A stretch of DNA of 58,953 nucleotides, from positions 1 to 58,953 of the IMG/VR virus record IMGVR_UViG_3300009788_000015. One strand, written 5' to 3'. Below are positions 1 through 8,637 of the stretch, in pieces. Each line of letters opens with the position of its first letter. Position 1 is the first letter of the stretch. Below the pieces are notes generated by a model. That model did not search any database. It saw only the letters and a program-made list of their open reading frames with translations, and was not told the origin of the DNA. The stretch is from a virus (taxonomy: Duplodnaviria; Caudoviricetes). The position numbers and the translations under genes were made by a program.

Positions 1-123
1 AACGTGCAGCCCGTTGTTGATCGCGCTGGTGTAGCCCTTCGACCACAGCAGCGTCTGCAGCGTCAGGGCGCCGAACTGAACCTTGCCGGCGAGCAGCGCC
101 GACGCGGAGTCGATCGTGAACAC
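1..123. repeat. Terminal direct repeat, left copy (circular assembly overlap)
   Basis: 1-123 is identical to 58831-58953 and lies inside one continuous reading frame. Confidence 0.97.
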
Positions 124-468
124 CCCACCGGCGGCAACCGCGGGCGGCGGCAGCGCGCCGGTGCCCGAACGCAGGCTGAACTCGACGTTCGCGTACTCCG
201 CGAACATGAAGCCCTCGGCGAACAGCTGGAAGGCGTCGACGGTGAGGTCCGTCTCGTACTCGACGGTGCTGTCGAGGTCGGTGACCGTCCCCTCCTTGCG
301 CCCGCGGTCCTGGCTGATCGGCCGCCGGACCACCGTCGTGATGATCGCGCCGTAGGCGCCGATCGTGTCGAACTCGACAATCGTCCAAGCTGGAGTGCCC
401 GGGAGCACACCTATGCTCGCCTCGATTGCAACTCTGAGCCCGGTGAAGTTGGTTAGTACTCGCGCCAT
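1..468 (-). CDS. Major tail (tube) protein, N-terminal part; continues across the contig end into 58830-57721 (525 aa in total)
   Basis: ATG at 468 with GAGGA RBS. Translates MARVLTNFTGLRVAIE...TTVVRRPISQDRGRKEGTVTDLDS and is in frame with the ORF 57721-58953. Lies between neck genes and tail chaperone. Confidence 0.85.
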   Translation of the reverse strand, partial: MARVLTNFTGLRVAIEASIGVLPGTPAWTIVEFDTIGAYGAIITTVVRRPISQDRGRKEGTVTDLDSTVEYETDLTVDAFQLFAEGFMFAEYANVEFSLRSGTGALPPPAVAAGGVFTIDSASALLAGKVQFGALTLQTLLWSKGYTSAINNGLHV

Positions 469-544
469 CGGGTAGTCCTCCGGTTTCGTGCCAGCACGGC
501 GGGCAAGATCCTATCAGCGCCGGTCCCCCGGGAACAGGGCTTAC

Positions 545-997
545 TCAGCCGCGCGCGAGCTCGCGCGATGTGGCGCGTACCGCAGTGGTTACGCCCGTCT
601 CGACGAACATCGCGGGCGCCTGCGCCGACGTCCCCTCGTTGAGGAACACCAGGTAGCGCACCGCGTTGACGATGAAGGTGGGGCCCTGCTTCAGCTTGTA
701 GCCCGCCGCCAGGGCGTCCAGGAGCTGCTTGTTCTTGCGGAAGAGGGCGTCGGCCTGCACCCTGGCGAGCCGCTCGCGCTGCTCTTCGGTGACGTCCCTC
801 GCCCTGGAGGCGGTGGACGTCGAGGGCCCCGGCTGCGGCTTGCCGATGCTCGGGACCCACCCGGCCCGCGCGAAGCCGAACCGGACGGGCGTTTCGATCG
901 TCAGGACCTGCCAGGTGCGCAGGGTCAGGCGGACCATCACCCGCTCGATGAACTTCGTGAACTCGCCGCTGACGCGCTTCCTACGCCTGCTGGCCAC
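545..997 (-). CDS. Neck/tail-completion protein (HK97 gp10-like)
   Basis: TPVRFGFARAGW and NAVRYLVFLNEGTSAQAPAMFVE motifs; synteny. Confidence 0.75.
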   Translation of the reverse strand: MASRRRKRVSGEFTKFIERVMVRLTLRTWQVLTIETPVRFGFARAGWVPSIGKPQPGPSTSTASRARDVTEEQRERLARVQADALFRKNKQLLDALAAGYKLKQGPTFIVNAVRYLVFLNEGTSAQAPAMFVETGVTTAVRATSRELARG

Positions 998-1006
998 TGG
1001 AACGCC

Positions 1007-1447
1007 CTAACTCCGCTCCTCGTAGCGGAATCCGGCGACGAAGTTGGTCTGAAAGTGGGCGCCCTCCTGCCCCACCTCCCGCGGCACCGCGTCAAAGAAC
1101 CAGAGGTTCCCCACCCGCTTGTTGCGCACGGCCGCCTTGAGGACCTCCACGATGGCGTCTGAGAGCGTGTGGCCGTCCCCAGAGGGCGTGAAGACCTGCA
1201 CGACGACCTGGCCCTCGGTCTGGTGCTTGCGGACCCCAGGACCCCCCAGCGTCTCCTGCTCGGACGTGAAGGTCCTAACCGTGGTCCGGGCGTAGGTCTC
1301 GGCGTTCCCGTCCACGTCCTCGCCTGGCGGGTCCGCCTTCACGTCGTCCCACTGCATCTCGAACCCTGACGTCACGCCAGAGGCCAGCCAGGCGTCGTTG
1401 ACGACCCCGTTGACCGCGTCGCGGGCCTCGGTAGAGGTGAAGGTCAC
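1007..1447 (-). CDS. Tail terminator-like protein
   Basis: 146 aa, GQVVVQVFTPSGDG motif, position in neck cluster. Confidence 0.7.
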   Translation of the reverse strand: MTFTSTEARDAVNGVVNDAWLASGVTSGFEMQWDDVKADPPGEDVDGNAETYARTTVRTFTSEQETLGGPGVRKHQTEGQVVVQVFTPSGDGHTLSDAIVEVLKAAVRNKRVGNLWFFDAVPREVGQEGAHFQTNFVAGFRYEERS

Positions 1448-1869
1448 AGCGCCAGCCCCAGGACGAAGATGAGGGAGGTGTCGCCCGGCTTCAGGTGCCC
1501 AACGGAGCGGATCTTGTAGACCTTGCTGCCGTCCCTGAGGGTGTCGGCCTGCTCGACGTCCTCGACGGTCCCCGGGGGCACCAGGTCCGTGACCGAGTTC
1601 ACCGCCAAGAGCCCGACCTCGTCGATCTTGACCCGAAGCGTCTCGTCGGCGTCGAACAGCACCTTGCCGAAGCCGGAGCCGCTCGCCGGGATGAAGGCCA
1701 CCTTGACGGGGCCGACGCCCCCCGCCGGCACCGGCGCGCTGAGGTCCGGGCCCCGGAACGGCTTGCCGGCGTCCTTCGGGACGCGGCTCTTCTTGAACAG
1801 CACGGCGTCCCGGCCGTTCTCCTCGATCAGCTCCTGGGCCACCTCCGCGAGCTCGACGAAGTCGACCAT
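1444..1869 (-). CDS. Head-closure / head-tail joining protein
   Basis: AQELIEENGR...LKPGDTSLIFVL; 4-nt overlap with downstream gene; synteny. Confidence 0.65.
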   Translation of the reverse strand: MVDFVELAEVAQELIEENGRDAVLFKKSRVPKDAGKPFRGPDLSAPVPAGGVGPVKVAFIPASGSGFGKVLFDADETLRVKIDEVGLLAVNSVTDLVPPGTVEDVEQADTLRDGSKVYKIRSVGHLKPGDTSLIFVLGLAL

Positions 1870-2768
1870 CAGCGCACCGCCTGCCCCGCCGGGAAGACGT
1901 AGTCCAGCAACAGGCGGTCCGCGGCCGGGTAGGGCCTGAGCACGACGCCCAGGTGACTGCCCTCGCTGTACTCCGTGTCGGTCTCGATGGGGCCCACCTT
2001 CTGCTTGAGCCGGACGATGGAACCGCCCCGGGCGTCCACTTTTGGGTCGGGGGCCAGGAGCGCGGCCCTAGCCCGGTCGGAGTACTCCGCCATGGCCTGT
2101 TTGAGCTTGAGCGGGACGCCGCTGACCCGGATGCCTGCCCGGTCGAACAGCCCGGACTGCGGGAAGCTCAGGGGCTGCGAGCCGCCGTCGTCACCGCCCG
2201 CGAAGGCCGTCAGGGTCGCGTTGCTGACCGTGCCCGCCAGGACGGTGGAGTCGCCGGAGGCCCCCGGGGCCGTCGCCACGAGCTCCACGGTGACCCCGGT
2301 GAGGGTGGCCGTGACGTCGCCGTTGGTCTGGGTCCCCTCGCCGTAGGTGACCCCGGCCTGGTCCACGTTCGCCGTCAGGGCGTCGAACAGGTTGGAGGCG
2401 TTCGCCGCGGCGTCCCCACCGATCAGGACCTCGTCGAAGACGGCCGGGGCGCTCAAGGCGGCGACAAAGGTGTAGACCTGGTCCCCCACCTGGAGGGTCT
2501 CGGCGGCCACAGGGACCCCCGTGAACAGGACCGACCCCTCGGCCTTCACGTCCTCGAGGGTGAACTCGCGCGTGCCCTTGAACCGCTGGCCCCACCGGGT
2601 CTCGATGTAGTCGGTGCCCGCGATTGCGGCCGCGTCCTGCACCGTGGCGCCGGCGGCGGTCCAGTCCGCGTCCCGGTTCCGGTCCGTCAGGTAGGCCAGC
2701 ACAAAGGACGTGGGGGCGTAGGCGTTGGCGTTTCGGATGCCCCTGCCCGTCTCGACGATGACTGCCAT
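1869..2768 (-). CDS. Head-tail adaptor (DnaT-like family) with an inserted ~120-aa beta domain
   Basis: IVETGRGIRNANAY...ATDYI...QPLSFP...KVGPIETDTEY...YPAADRLL pattern typical of siphovirus adaptors. Confidence 0.7.
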   Translation of the reverse strand: MAVIVETGRGIRNANAYAPTSFVLAYLTDRNRDADWTAAGATVQDAAAIAGTDYIETRWGQRFKGTREFTLEDVKAEGSVLFTGVPVAAETLQVGDQVYTFVAALSAPAVFDEVLIGGDAAANASNLFDALTANVDQAGVTYGEGTQTNGDVTATLTGVTVELVATAPGASGDSTVLAGTVSNATLTAFAGGDDGGSQPLSFPQSGLFDRAGIRVSGVPLKLKQAMAEYSDRARAALLAPDPKVDARGGSIVRLKQKVGPIETDTEYSEGSHLGVVLRPYPAADRLLLDYVFPAGQAVR

Positions 2769-2871
2769 GGCTCACTCGTTGGGTATGAGGAGGACTTCGA
2801 GGTTGACCGCGGCACAGCTCGACGCTGCGACGTCGAAGTCCTGCGCAAGTTGGTTGATCGTGCCTACCACG

Positions 2872-4596
2872 TCACGCTTCGATTCCAGTGAAGTGCCTGG
2901 GCACCTGGCCGACGTAGATCGACAGGGGCCTGATCACCTCGAAGCCGTCCGGCGCGCCGGTCCTGAGGACGTCCGCCGGCAGGGCGCCGACTGCCGCCGA
3001 GGCGAAGGCGCCGTTGCTCGAGGCCGCCCAACCGTTCGGCATGGTCCCGCTCGAGGACTGCTTCGACGCGAGGGTCACTGACCCGCCCCACACCTGAAGT
3101 CGCCCGTCGCCGGGCCTGACGCTGAAGACGAGGTCGAAGACCTGCCCCACTGGCAGCTCGCCCGAACCCGTGCTGAACGCCGTGAGCGCGCCGTCCGCGC
3201 CCCCGTCCCCGGCTCGCAGCGAGATCGAGTCGTCGTCCACCCACGCCGCGATCGCCGTCGTCGCGTCGCCCAGCTCGAATATCAGCCCGCGGTGGACGCC
3301 CGAGTTGGCCGTGATCCGGATCGCCGTCTCGAGCGTGACCGGGCTCGTCCTCAGCGGAAAGCTCGTCGCCGGGAGCGGCGTGGTGGGGATGGCGAGGGCG
3401 TGCGTGCGGAACAACTCGGGCACGCCGCCGAGCGACCTGCGGCGTCGCCGCGAGTGAAAGTTGACGGCTCGCCTCCTGGCGTCTGCGGGCTGCGTGAACG
3501 GTTGCCGCGGAAAGTCCGAGCGCCCACCTGAGGTGGTGGGGTCAGGTGCGGGAGGTGCCGGAACGAAGACTGACAACTGGTGCGCGCCGGCGTCCCAGGG
3601 TCCATCGGCACCGCGAGCGACGCCGTCTATGTCGACCTCGATGAAGATGTTCTCCGGGAAGACCTCTCCAGTCAGGTTGTCCCCGAAGGCGACGGCCGCG
3701 TTGTCCGCCTGGGTCGGAGGGTCGAACAGGTGGAGGTCTTCCAAGCCCGCAGTCAGGTTCTCGAACATGACGCGATCGCCAACACCGCCAGCGCCGGCCT
3801 GGAATGCCGCACTTTCGATCTTGGTTCCAGGCAATCCCTCAGCCGTGCCCGAGGCGTCGCTGAGGACGTTCTTGTTGCAACCTGGGTCCCAGGGGTCGCC
3901 GGCGCCGTTGAGGCTGAGGACGTCAGCCGAAACGTTTCCAACGTGCAACAGGGAGTCGCGCAGGTCCACCGTGGTCGTCGTCGGACTGCCGATGTGAAGG
4001 GCCGAGAATGTGGCTCCGGCCCGTCCTACGTTCCAGACGACGTCGTTGTAGATCCGAACCGTGTGGCCCGTGCCTTCCAAGCGGATCCCGATTCGATTGC
4101 CGTTGTAGATCATGGTGTCGACGAGGTCGACGGTGCAGTCGTTCGTCCCAGCTTGGATGAAGAAGCCCATGCCTTGCTCGTGCAGGATGAGCTTGTCCAT
4201 GTGCAACCTGCAGCCAGAAGCAGCTGACGTGTTTATCCTGACGCACGGCCTCGAATTGCTGGGGACCGTGTCTGCCATCTCTAACCACGTTACGTGGACG
4301 TGTGCTAAACCCTGGATGATCAGCGGTACGTTGTTTGCCGTGATCAGTCGAGCACCGGTACCCGCGACGCCGTCGTGGCGTGCCGCCGCGTCCTCGACGT
4401 CCATCCAGATGTAGTGGTCGGCGTCGGTGTTCCAGCCCGCGAAGATGACTGCCGGGGCGGTGTGCAACTCGTCTTTGAATGCTGGCCGAATGACCTTGTC
4501 CGCGGCGACGAGGTCCGTCCGTTCCGCGCTCTCAAAGAGAGCGAACGTGGCGTAGTCTGCGACGGCCCCGATTGTCTTGGTCTCTACGGGTACCAC
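2872..4596 (-). CDS. Putative virion attachment/decoration protein (beta-helix-like N-terminus, Pro linker, LamG-like C-terminus)
   Basis: 574 aa; repetitive beta-strand/Asn-Gly pattern, DIDGVAR...WDAGA motif, PAPPAPDP linker; lower GC3. Confidence 0.5.
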   Translation of the reverse strand: MVPVETKTIGAVADYATFALFESAERTDLVAADKVIRPAFKDELHTAPAVIFAGWNTDADHYIWMDVEDAAARHDGVAGTGARLITANNVPLIIQGLAHVHVTWLEMADTVPSNSRPCVRINTSAASGCRLHMDKLILHEQGMGFFIQAGTNDCTVDLVDTMIYNGNRIGIRLEGTGHTVRIYNDVVWNVGRAGATFSALHIGSPTTTTVDLRDSLLHVGNVSADVLSLNGAGDPWDPGCNKNVLSDASGTAEGLPGTKIESAAFQAGAGGVGDRVMFENLTAGLEDLHLFDPPTQADNAAVAFGDNLTGEVFPENIFIEVDIDGVARGADGPWDAGAHQLSVFVPAPPAPDPTTSGGRSDFPRQPFTQPADARRRAVNFHSRRRRRSLGGVPELFRTHALAIPTTPLPATSFPLRTSPVTLETAIRITANSGVHRGLIFELGDATTAIAAWVDDDSISLRAGDGGADGALTAFSTGSGELPVGQVFDLVFSVRPGDGRLQVWGGSVTLASKQSSSGTMPNGWAASSNGAFASAAVGALPADVLRTGAPDGFEVIRPLSIYVGQVPRHFTGIEA

Positions 4597-4597
4597 G

Positions 4598-4945
4598 TCA
4601 TCCTCCCAAGGCGGGGTTGGGCTTGCGACGGAGTGCCGCAGAGTTGGCGACGACGATGGTGCGTTCCTGAGCGATCTCTGAGGCCTGCGCCGGCAGGAAG
4701 TTCACGCTCAATTTCGGTAGAGTTGGTCCCGGCTCGTCGACCGTCGACTCCATCAGGTCGTCGAAGTCCGACACGGCCCCTGCGAGAACGTGGATGCTGC
4801 GAAACTTAGGTTTCGGTCGGCTGTTCCACCCGACGACTGGGTCCTGGTTCTCGACGACGTCGAAGCCGGGGTAGGCGCCGTCGGCCAAGACCTCGAGGAC
4901 TGAATCCCCACGTCCTGGTATGTTGCTGAGGATGAGCTGTGGCAT
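4598..4945 (-). CDS. Hypothetical protein, probably partner of the 2872-4596 gene
   Basis: ATG at 4945 preceded by GGAGG; directly abuts the next gene. Confidence 0.55.
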   Translation of the reverse strand: MPQLILSNIPGRGDSVLEVLADGAYPGFDVVENQDPVVGWNSRPKPKFRSIHVLAGAVSDFDDLMESTVDEPGPTLPKLSVNFLPAQASEIAQERTIVVANSAALRRKPNPALGG

Positions 4946-5071
4946 CAGGCGCCTCCTCGACGAAGGACGTGGGCCGCGGCCACGACGTTCGTCCACGCGC
5001 GACCTGCGGTCGACGACGCGAAGGCTTCCGCGGGTTGCGCCTGGACCATCACCTCTTCACCTAGGTGGTCC

Positions 5072-5926
5072 TCAGGCCCCCGCGGCCACGGGGTAGGCCG
5101 GCCTCGCCGTGTCGCGCCCCGGCTTGCGCTGCCTCATGGCCGCGTCGATCTTCGACGGCCCCACGAGCTGCTCCTTGACGTCCTCGGCAGTCGTGCCCGC
5201 CTCGATGAACCGCTTCGCCCGCTCGGCCCGCACCATCCGGGCCCGCTGCTGCGCCTTGAGGTAGTCCTGGATGGTGCTCGCCTGCCTGGACTGGGCCCCG
5301 CCGCGGGTGAGCCTGTTCCTGGCCGTGGTCAGGAGCGCGCTGCGGCGGCCGATGTCCTTGAGCTGCTCGACGACGGCCTCGCGCCTCGCCGTGAGGATCG
5401 TCGCCTGGCGCCCGAACTCGTCGATGGCCCGATCGACCAAGGCGACGTCCTTGAAGACCTCGCCCGGGGCCATGGCCACCACCGGGTCGAGCGACTCCAC
5501 ATGGGCCGCCCGCCGCGCGTCCTCCACGGGGCTCTCGCCCTCCGCGGGATCCCCGTCTCCCGGCGGGGCCTCCGCGGGCGCTTCTTTGGTGGCGGGCTCC
5601 ACAGCTGGGGCCTCGGGGGCCGCAGGCGCCTCCGTTGGGGCCTCCGGCGCCTCGGGCGCATCCTCAGAGGGCGCCGGCGCGGGGGCCGCTGGGGCCTCCT
5701 CGGGGACCGCCCCAGGGGCCGCCCCGGGCGTGCCAACCGGGGCGAAGCCCCCGTCGCCGCTCTCGGCCCTCGTCCTGGTGAACCGCAGGGCCCCGTCGGT
5801 GATGTCCCGCCGGGTCACGGCGCCGCCCACCAGGGCGGACACTACGTCCACCCGGGGGAGGCCGTCGGACGTCCAGTGCTCGTCCTTGGTCGGGTCGAGC
5901 CGCGTTAGTGCCTTCTGCAAGTTCAT
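5072..5926 (-). CDS. Conserved-type phage protein with long Pro/Ala/Glu linker
   Basis: LDPTKDEHWTSDGLPRVD N-terminal motif; GGAGG RBS before ATG 5926. Confidence 0.65.
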   Translation of the reverse strand: MNLQKALTRLDPTKDEHWTSDGLPRVDVVSALVGGAVTRRDITDGALRFTRTRAESGDGGFAPVGTPGAAPGAVPEEAPAAPAPAPSEDAPEAPEAPTEAPAAPEAPAVEPATKEAPAEAPPGDGDPAEGESPVEDARRAAHVESLDPVVAMAPGEVFKDVALVDRAIDEFGRQATILTARREAVVEQLKDIGRRSALLTTARNRLTRGGAQSRQASTIQDYLKAQQRARMVRAERAKRFIEAGTTAEDVKEQLVGPSKIDAAMRQRKPGRDTARPAYPVAAGA

Positions 5927-6022
5927 GCTGTACCTCTCACCTCCCGAGGTTGAACGGGGCCCGCTGGACACCCCGGGAGGGAGGTGCCCAGCGGTCGCGG
6001 TCGACCGCTGCTAGGTGAAGAA

Positions 6023-6544
6023 TCAGTCGTCGCCGAGCATCGCGAAGGAGATGAACAGGTCGCCGTTGACCGTCATGACGATGCCGTCGGCGCTGATGTC
6101 CGCGTCGTCGATCAACAGGTTGAGGTTGAGCTCCAGCGACCCGTCGGTGTTGTCGAAGATCTGGCCAGCCAGCGCCCCGTCGGCCTGGGCGCCGCGCGTT
6201 CGCGGCGAGGCCTCGGCCGTGGCCGCGGCCAGCGCGGTCGAGGGCACGACGTCCACGTCGCCCGCGGTCAACGTGCCATCCGACGCCGGCGTGGTGCCGA
6301 TGCCGAAGTCGCCCACCCAGTCGTCGTCGAGGCTCCCAGAGGTCGGCCCCGTGAACTGCATGTAGCCGACCGCGCCCAGGAGCAAGACGTTGCCCTCGGG
6401 GAAGTCGCCGACCTGCAGCGAACCGAAGCCCACGCCGGCCGCGCCGGCCACGGTCAGGGTCTTGGCGCGGACAAGGATCTTCTGCTTGATGATGACGTGG
6501 TCCTGCGTGGCCCCGGAGAGGGACCTCGGTAGTCCTTTACCCAT
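6023..6544 (-). CDS. Virion structural protein (capsid decoration-like)
   Basis: MGKGLPRSL start; located downstream of major capsid; strong phage codon usage. Confidence 0.65.
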   Translation of the reverse strand: MGKGLPRSLSGATQDHVIIKQKILVRAKTLTVAGAAGVGFGSLQVGDFPEGNVLLLGAVGYMQFTGPTSGSLDDDWVGDFGIGTTPASDGTLTAGDVDVVPSTALAAATAEASPRTRGAQADGALAGQIFDNTDGSLELNLNLLIDDADISADGIVMTVNGDLFISFAMLGDD

Positions 6545-6550
6545 GGCTAA

Positions 6551-7369
6551 TTAGCTCCTGTGAACGGCGACCCCGTCGATCGCGGCCTGCCAAAAGTTGG
6601 CGATGTTGTCCGCCGCGGGCAGCACGCGGGCGCCGGTGGCGGTGAGGAAGTTGAGCAGGACGTCCTCCAGGGACTCCGCCAGCGTGTCGACGGTCTGAAC
6701 CAGCGTATGGACGCCGGTGCCCGCGTCAGCGAGCGCGACGGCCGTGCCGGCTACCGCGTTGGCCTTCGACGTCGCGACCGAGAACGTGTTGTCGTCCAGC
6801 CTGATGATGAAGAGGTCGGCACCGTCGGCGCCGTTCTCGAGCAGTGTCGCGGCGCCAGCCCAGGCCCCGGCCGCCGCCTCGGCGACCGCAATCGCGTCGC
6901 CGATCGTCGCGTCGAGGGTCTTGGCCGAGACCGTGCAGACGGCACCAGCGGCGACTGCCCGCACGTTCGGGTTTCCCGTCATCGCGACGCCGTAGGCGGT
7001 GGCGGCTCCCGCGCCGAGGTTGATCGCCGCGGCCAGGTTCTCGGCGGCCGTCGCGGCGGCGGCGTTCACGTCGACCTCGCCGTCCGCAGTCGGGACGTCT
7101 CGCCACGTGTAGACCTTGCTGTCGATCGTGACGGTCTCGTCCTGGATGTCCGTGGACGGCGTGTAGGCCAGGCTCGAGTGGACCGCCGCCGTGATGCCCG
7201 ACGGCGGATCGGCGTTGGTGGTCTTGACCTTGTACGGCCCCGCCCCCGTGAGGAGGCCGTGCGCCGTCGCGGTCAGGATGTTGCCCGACGTCCGGGCGAA
7301 CTCCGTGACGGGCCCAAACGGCGCCTTCGCGCCGCCGAACGCCGTCTGGAAGAGTGCTTTGGTAGTCAT
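6551..7369 (-). CDS. Virion structural/decoration protein with inserted beta domain
   Basis: Ala/Gly/Thr-rich 272 aa directly after MCP. Confidence 0.6.
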   Translation of the reverse strand: MTTKALFQTAFGGAKAPFGPVTEFARTSGNILTATAHGLLTGAGPYKVKTTNADPPSGITAAVHSSLAYTPSTDIQDETVTIDSKVYTWRDVPTADGEVDVNAAAATAAENLAAAINLGAGAATAYGVAMTGNPNVRAVAAGAVCTVSAKTLDATIGDAIAVAEAAAGAWAGAATLLENGADGADLFIIRLDDNTFSVATSKANAVAGTAVALADAGTGVHTLVQTVDTLAESLEDVLLNFLTATGARVLPAADNIANFWQAAIDGVAVHRS

Positions 7370-7375
7370 GGTGGA

Positions 7376-8434
7376 CTAGCTCTCCCTGGTGACCAGGCGG
7401 GCGAACTTGACCTGCTTCCGCTCGGGGAACACGCGGTTCCACGAGCCGGCGTTCTGCAGGTCGTTGGCGCCGGTGCCGTTGCCCGGGCCACCGTTCGGGG
7501 CCGTGCCCGTGTAGGCGTGGCCCACCGGGTGCTGCGACCACTGGATGCGGGAAAACAGGATCTCCTGCCCACCGCCGTTGCCGGCCTGCGGCTCGCGGTC
7601 GACCTCGGTCGGGACCTTCGCCCCCGCCACGCCCAGGCGGGTCGCGCCCGCGCCGAACAACCAGGTGTCGAAGACGCCGCCTGCGTTGGGCAGCCCGTCG
7701 TCGACGAGCACTTCGCGGCCAAGGAACGTCGGGATCTGGATCTCGCCCCGCGCGTCCGGGATGAAGTCGATCAGGTTGTTCTTCTGCATCCGGTTGAAGA
7801 CGATGCTGTGGACCATCACCAACGTCAGGCCCTCCATGCTGTCGCCCATCGTCACCGCCGCGTCGAGGAACGCCTCGGCGCTGAAGTTGGTGACGCCGTC
7901 GACGAAGGCGCCGCCACTGATGTCGTTCTGGTAGTCGCCGGCGTCGTTGGCGACGTTGTCGGCGATCACGCCGTTCCAGGTCGCGATGAAGATCGCCTGC
8001 AGACGCCGGGTCCAGTAGAAGGCGACCCGCGAGGCGATGGCGGCCATGGGGTCCTCGCCGGCCAGCGCGGCCGCGAGGTCGGCACTCGACCAACTGTTGT
8101 TGCGGTTGAGCCTGACGGCGATCTCCTGGTCGGTCTCGATCTTCAGCGGCGTCGAGTCCAGTCGGGTCGCCGGCGTGCCGGCGCCGAAGTTCGCGGCGAT
8201 AATGTCGGCGACGTCGTCGGTGGACACGTTGTCCGCGTCGTTGTCGAGGTCACGGAAGGACGGAACGTTGAAGGTCAGCCCACCACCGCCGAGCAACTGG
8301 TCGAGGAGGGCGTCTCGCGACAGGGCACCGGACTGCACGATCCGGGCCTTCTCCTCGGTGAGCTGCTGAACGTAGGGGGTGAAGACTTCGGGGACGACGA
8401 TGTCCGCTACTTGGGTCAGTGGACCTGCGGCCAT
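7376..8434 (-). CDS. Major capsid protein
   Basis: TQVADIVVPEVFTPY...GGGLTFNVPSF...AGEDPMAAIASRVAFYW...MVHSIVF...HPVG; AGGAG RBS; follows scaffold. Confidence 0.92.
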   Translation of the reverse strand: MAAGPLTQVADIVVPEVFTPYVQQLTEEKARIVQSGALSRDALLDQLLGGGGLTFNVPSFRDLDNDADNVSTDDVADIIAANFGAGTPATRLDSTPLKIETDQEIAVRLNRNNSWSSADLAAALAGEDPMAAIASRVAFYWTRRLQAIFIATWNGVIADNVANDAGDYQNDISGGAFVDGVTNFSAEAFLDAAVTMGDSMEGLTLVMVHSIVFNRMQKNNLIDFIPDARGEIQIPTFLGREVLVDDGLPNAGGVFDTWLFGAGATRLGVAGAKVPTEVDREPQAGNGGGQEILFSRIQWSQHPVGHAYTGTAPNGGPGNGTGANDLQNAGSWNRVFPERKQVKFARLVTRES

Positions 8435-8637
8435 GGTGTGGCTCCTGTTGGTTCGAGTTTGGGATGCGTAATTCCCGTCGAACCAAGCCCTACGGCCGGC
8501 CCGCCGTTGGAGACTCTTCCCGACTGTCGCCTACGCGAGCCGGGATCCCTCATCGCAGCGGGAGCGGGCCCGCGTGCCTACGCGGCGGACCCGTGGGGGA
8601 GACCATGCACCCCCGACGTCCAGAACACAAGCCCTTG

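Noticed and set aside
1-123. Biological terminal repeat or att site
   Set aside because: Lies mid-gene in the major tail protein and no integrase is present; consistent with assembler overlap
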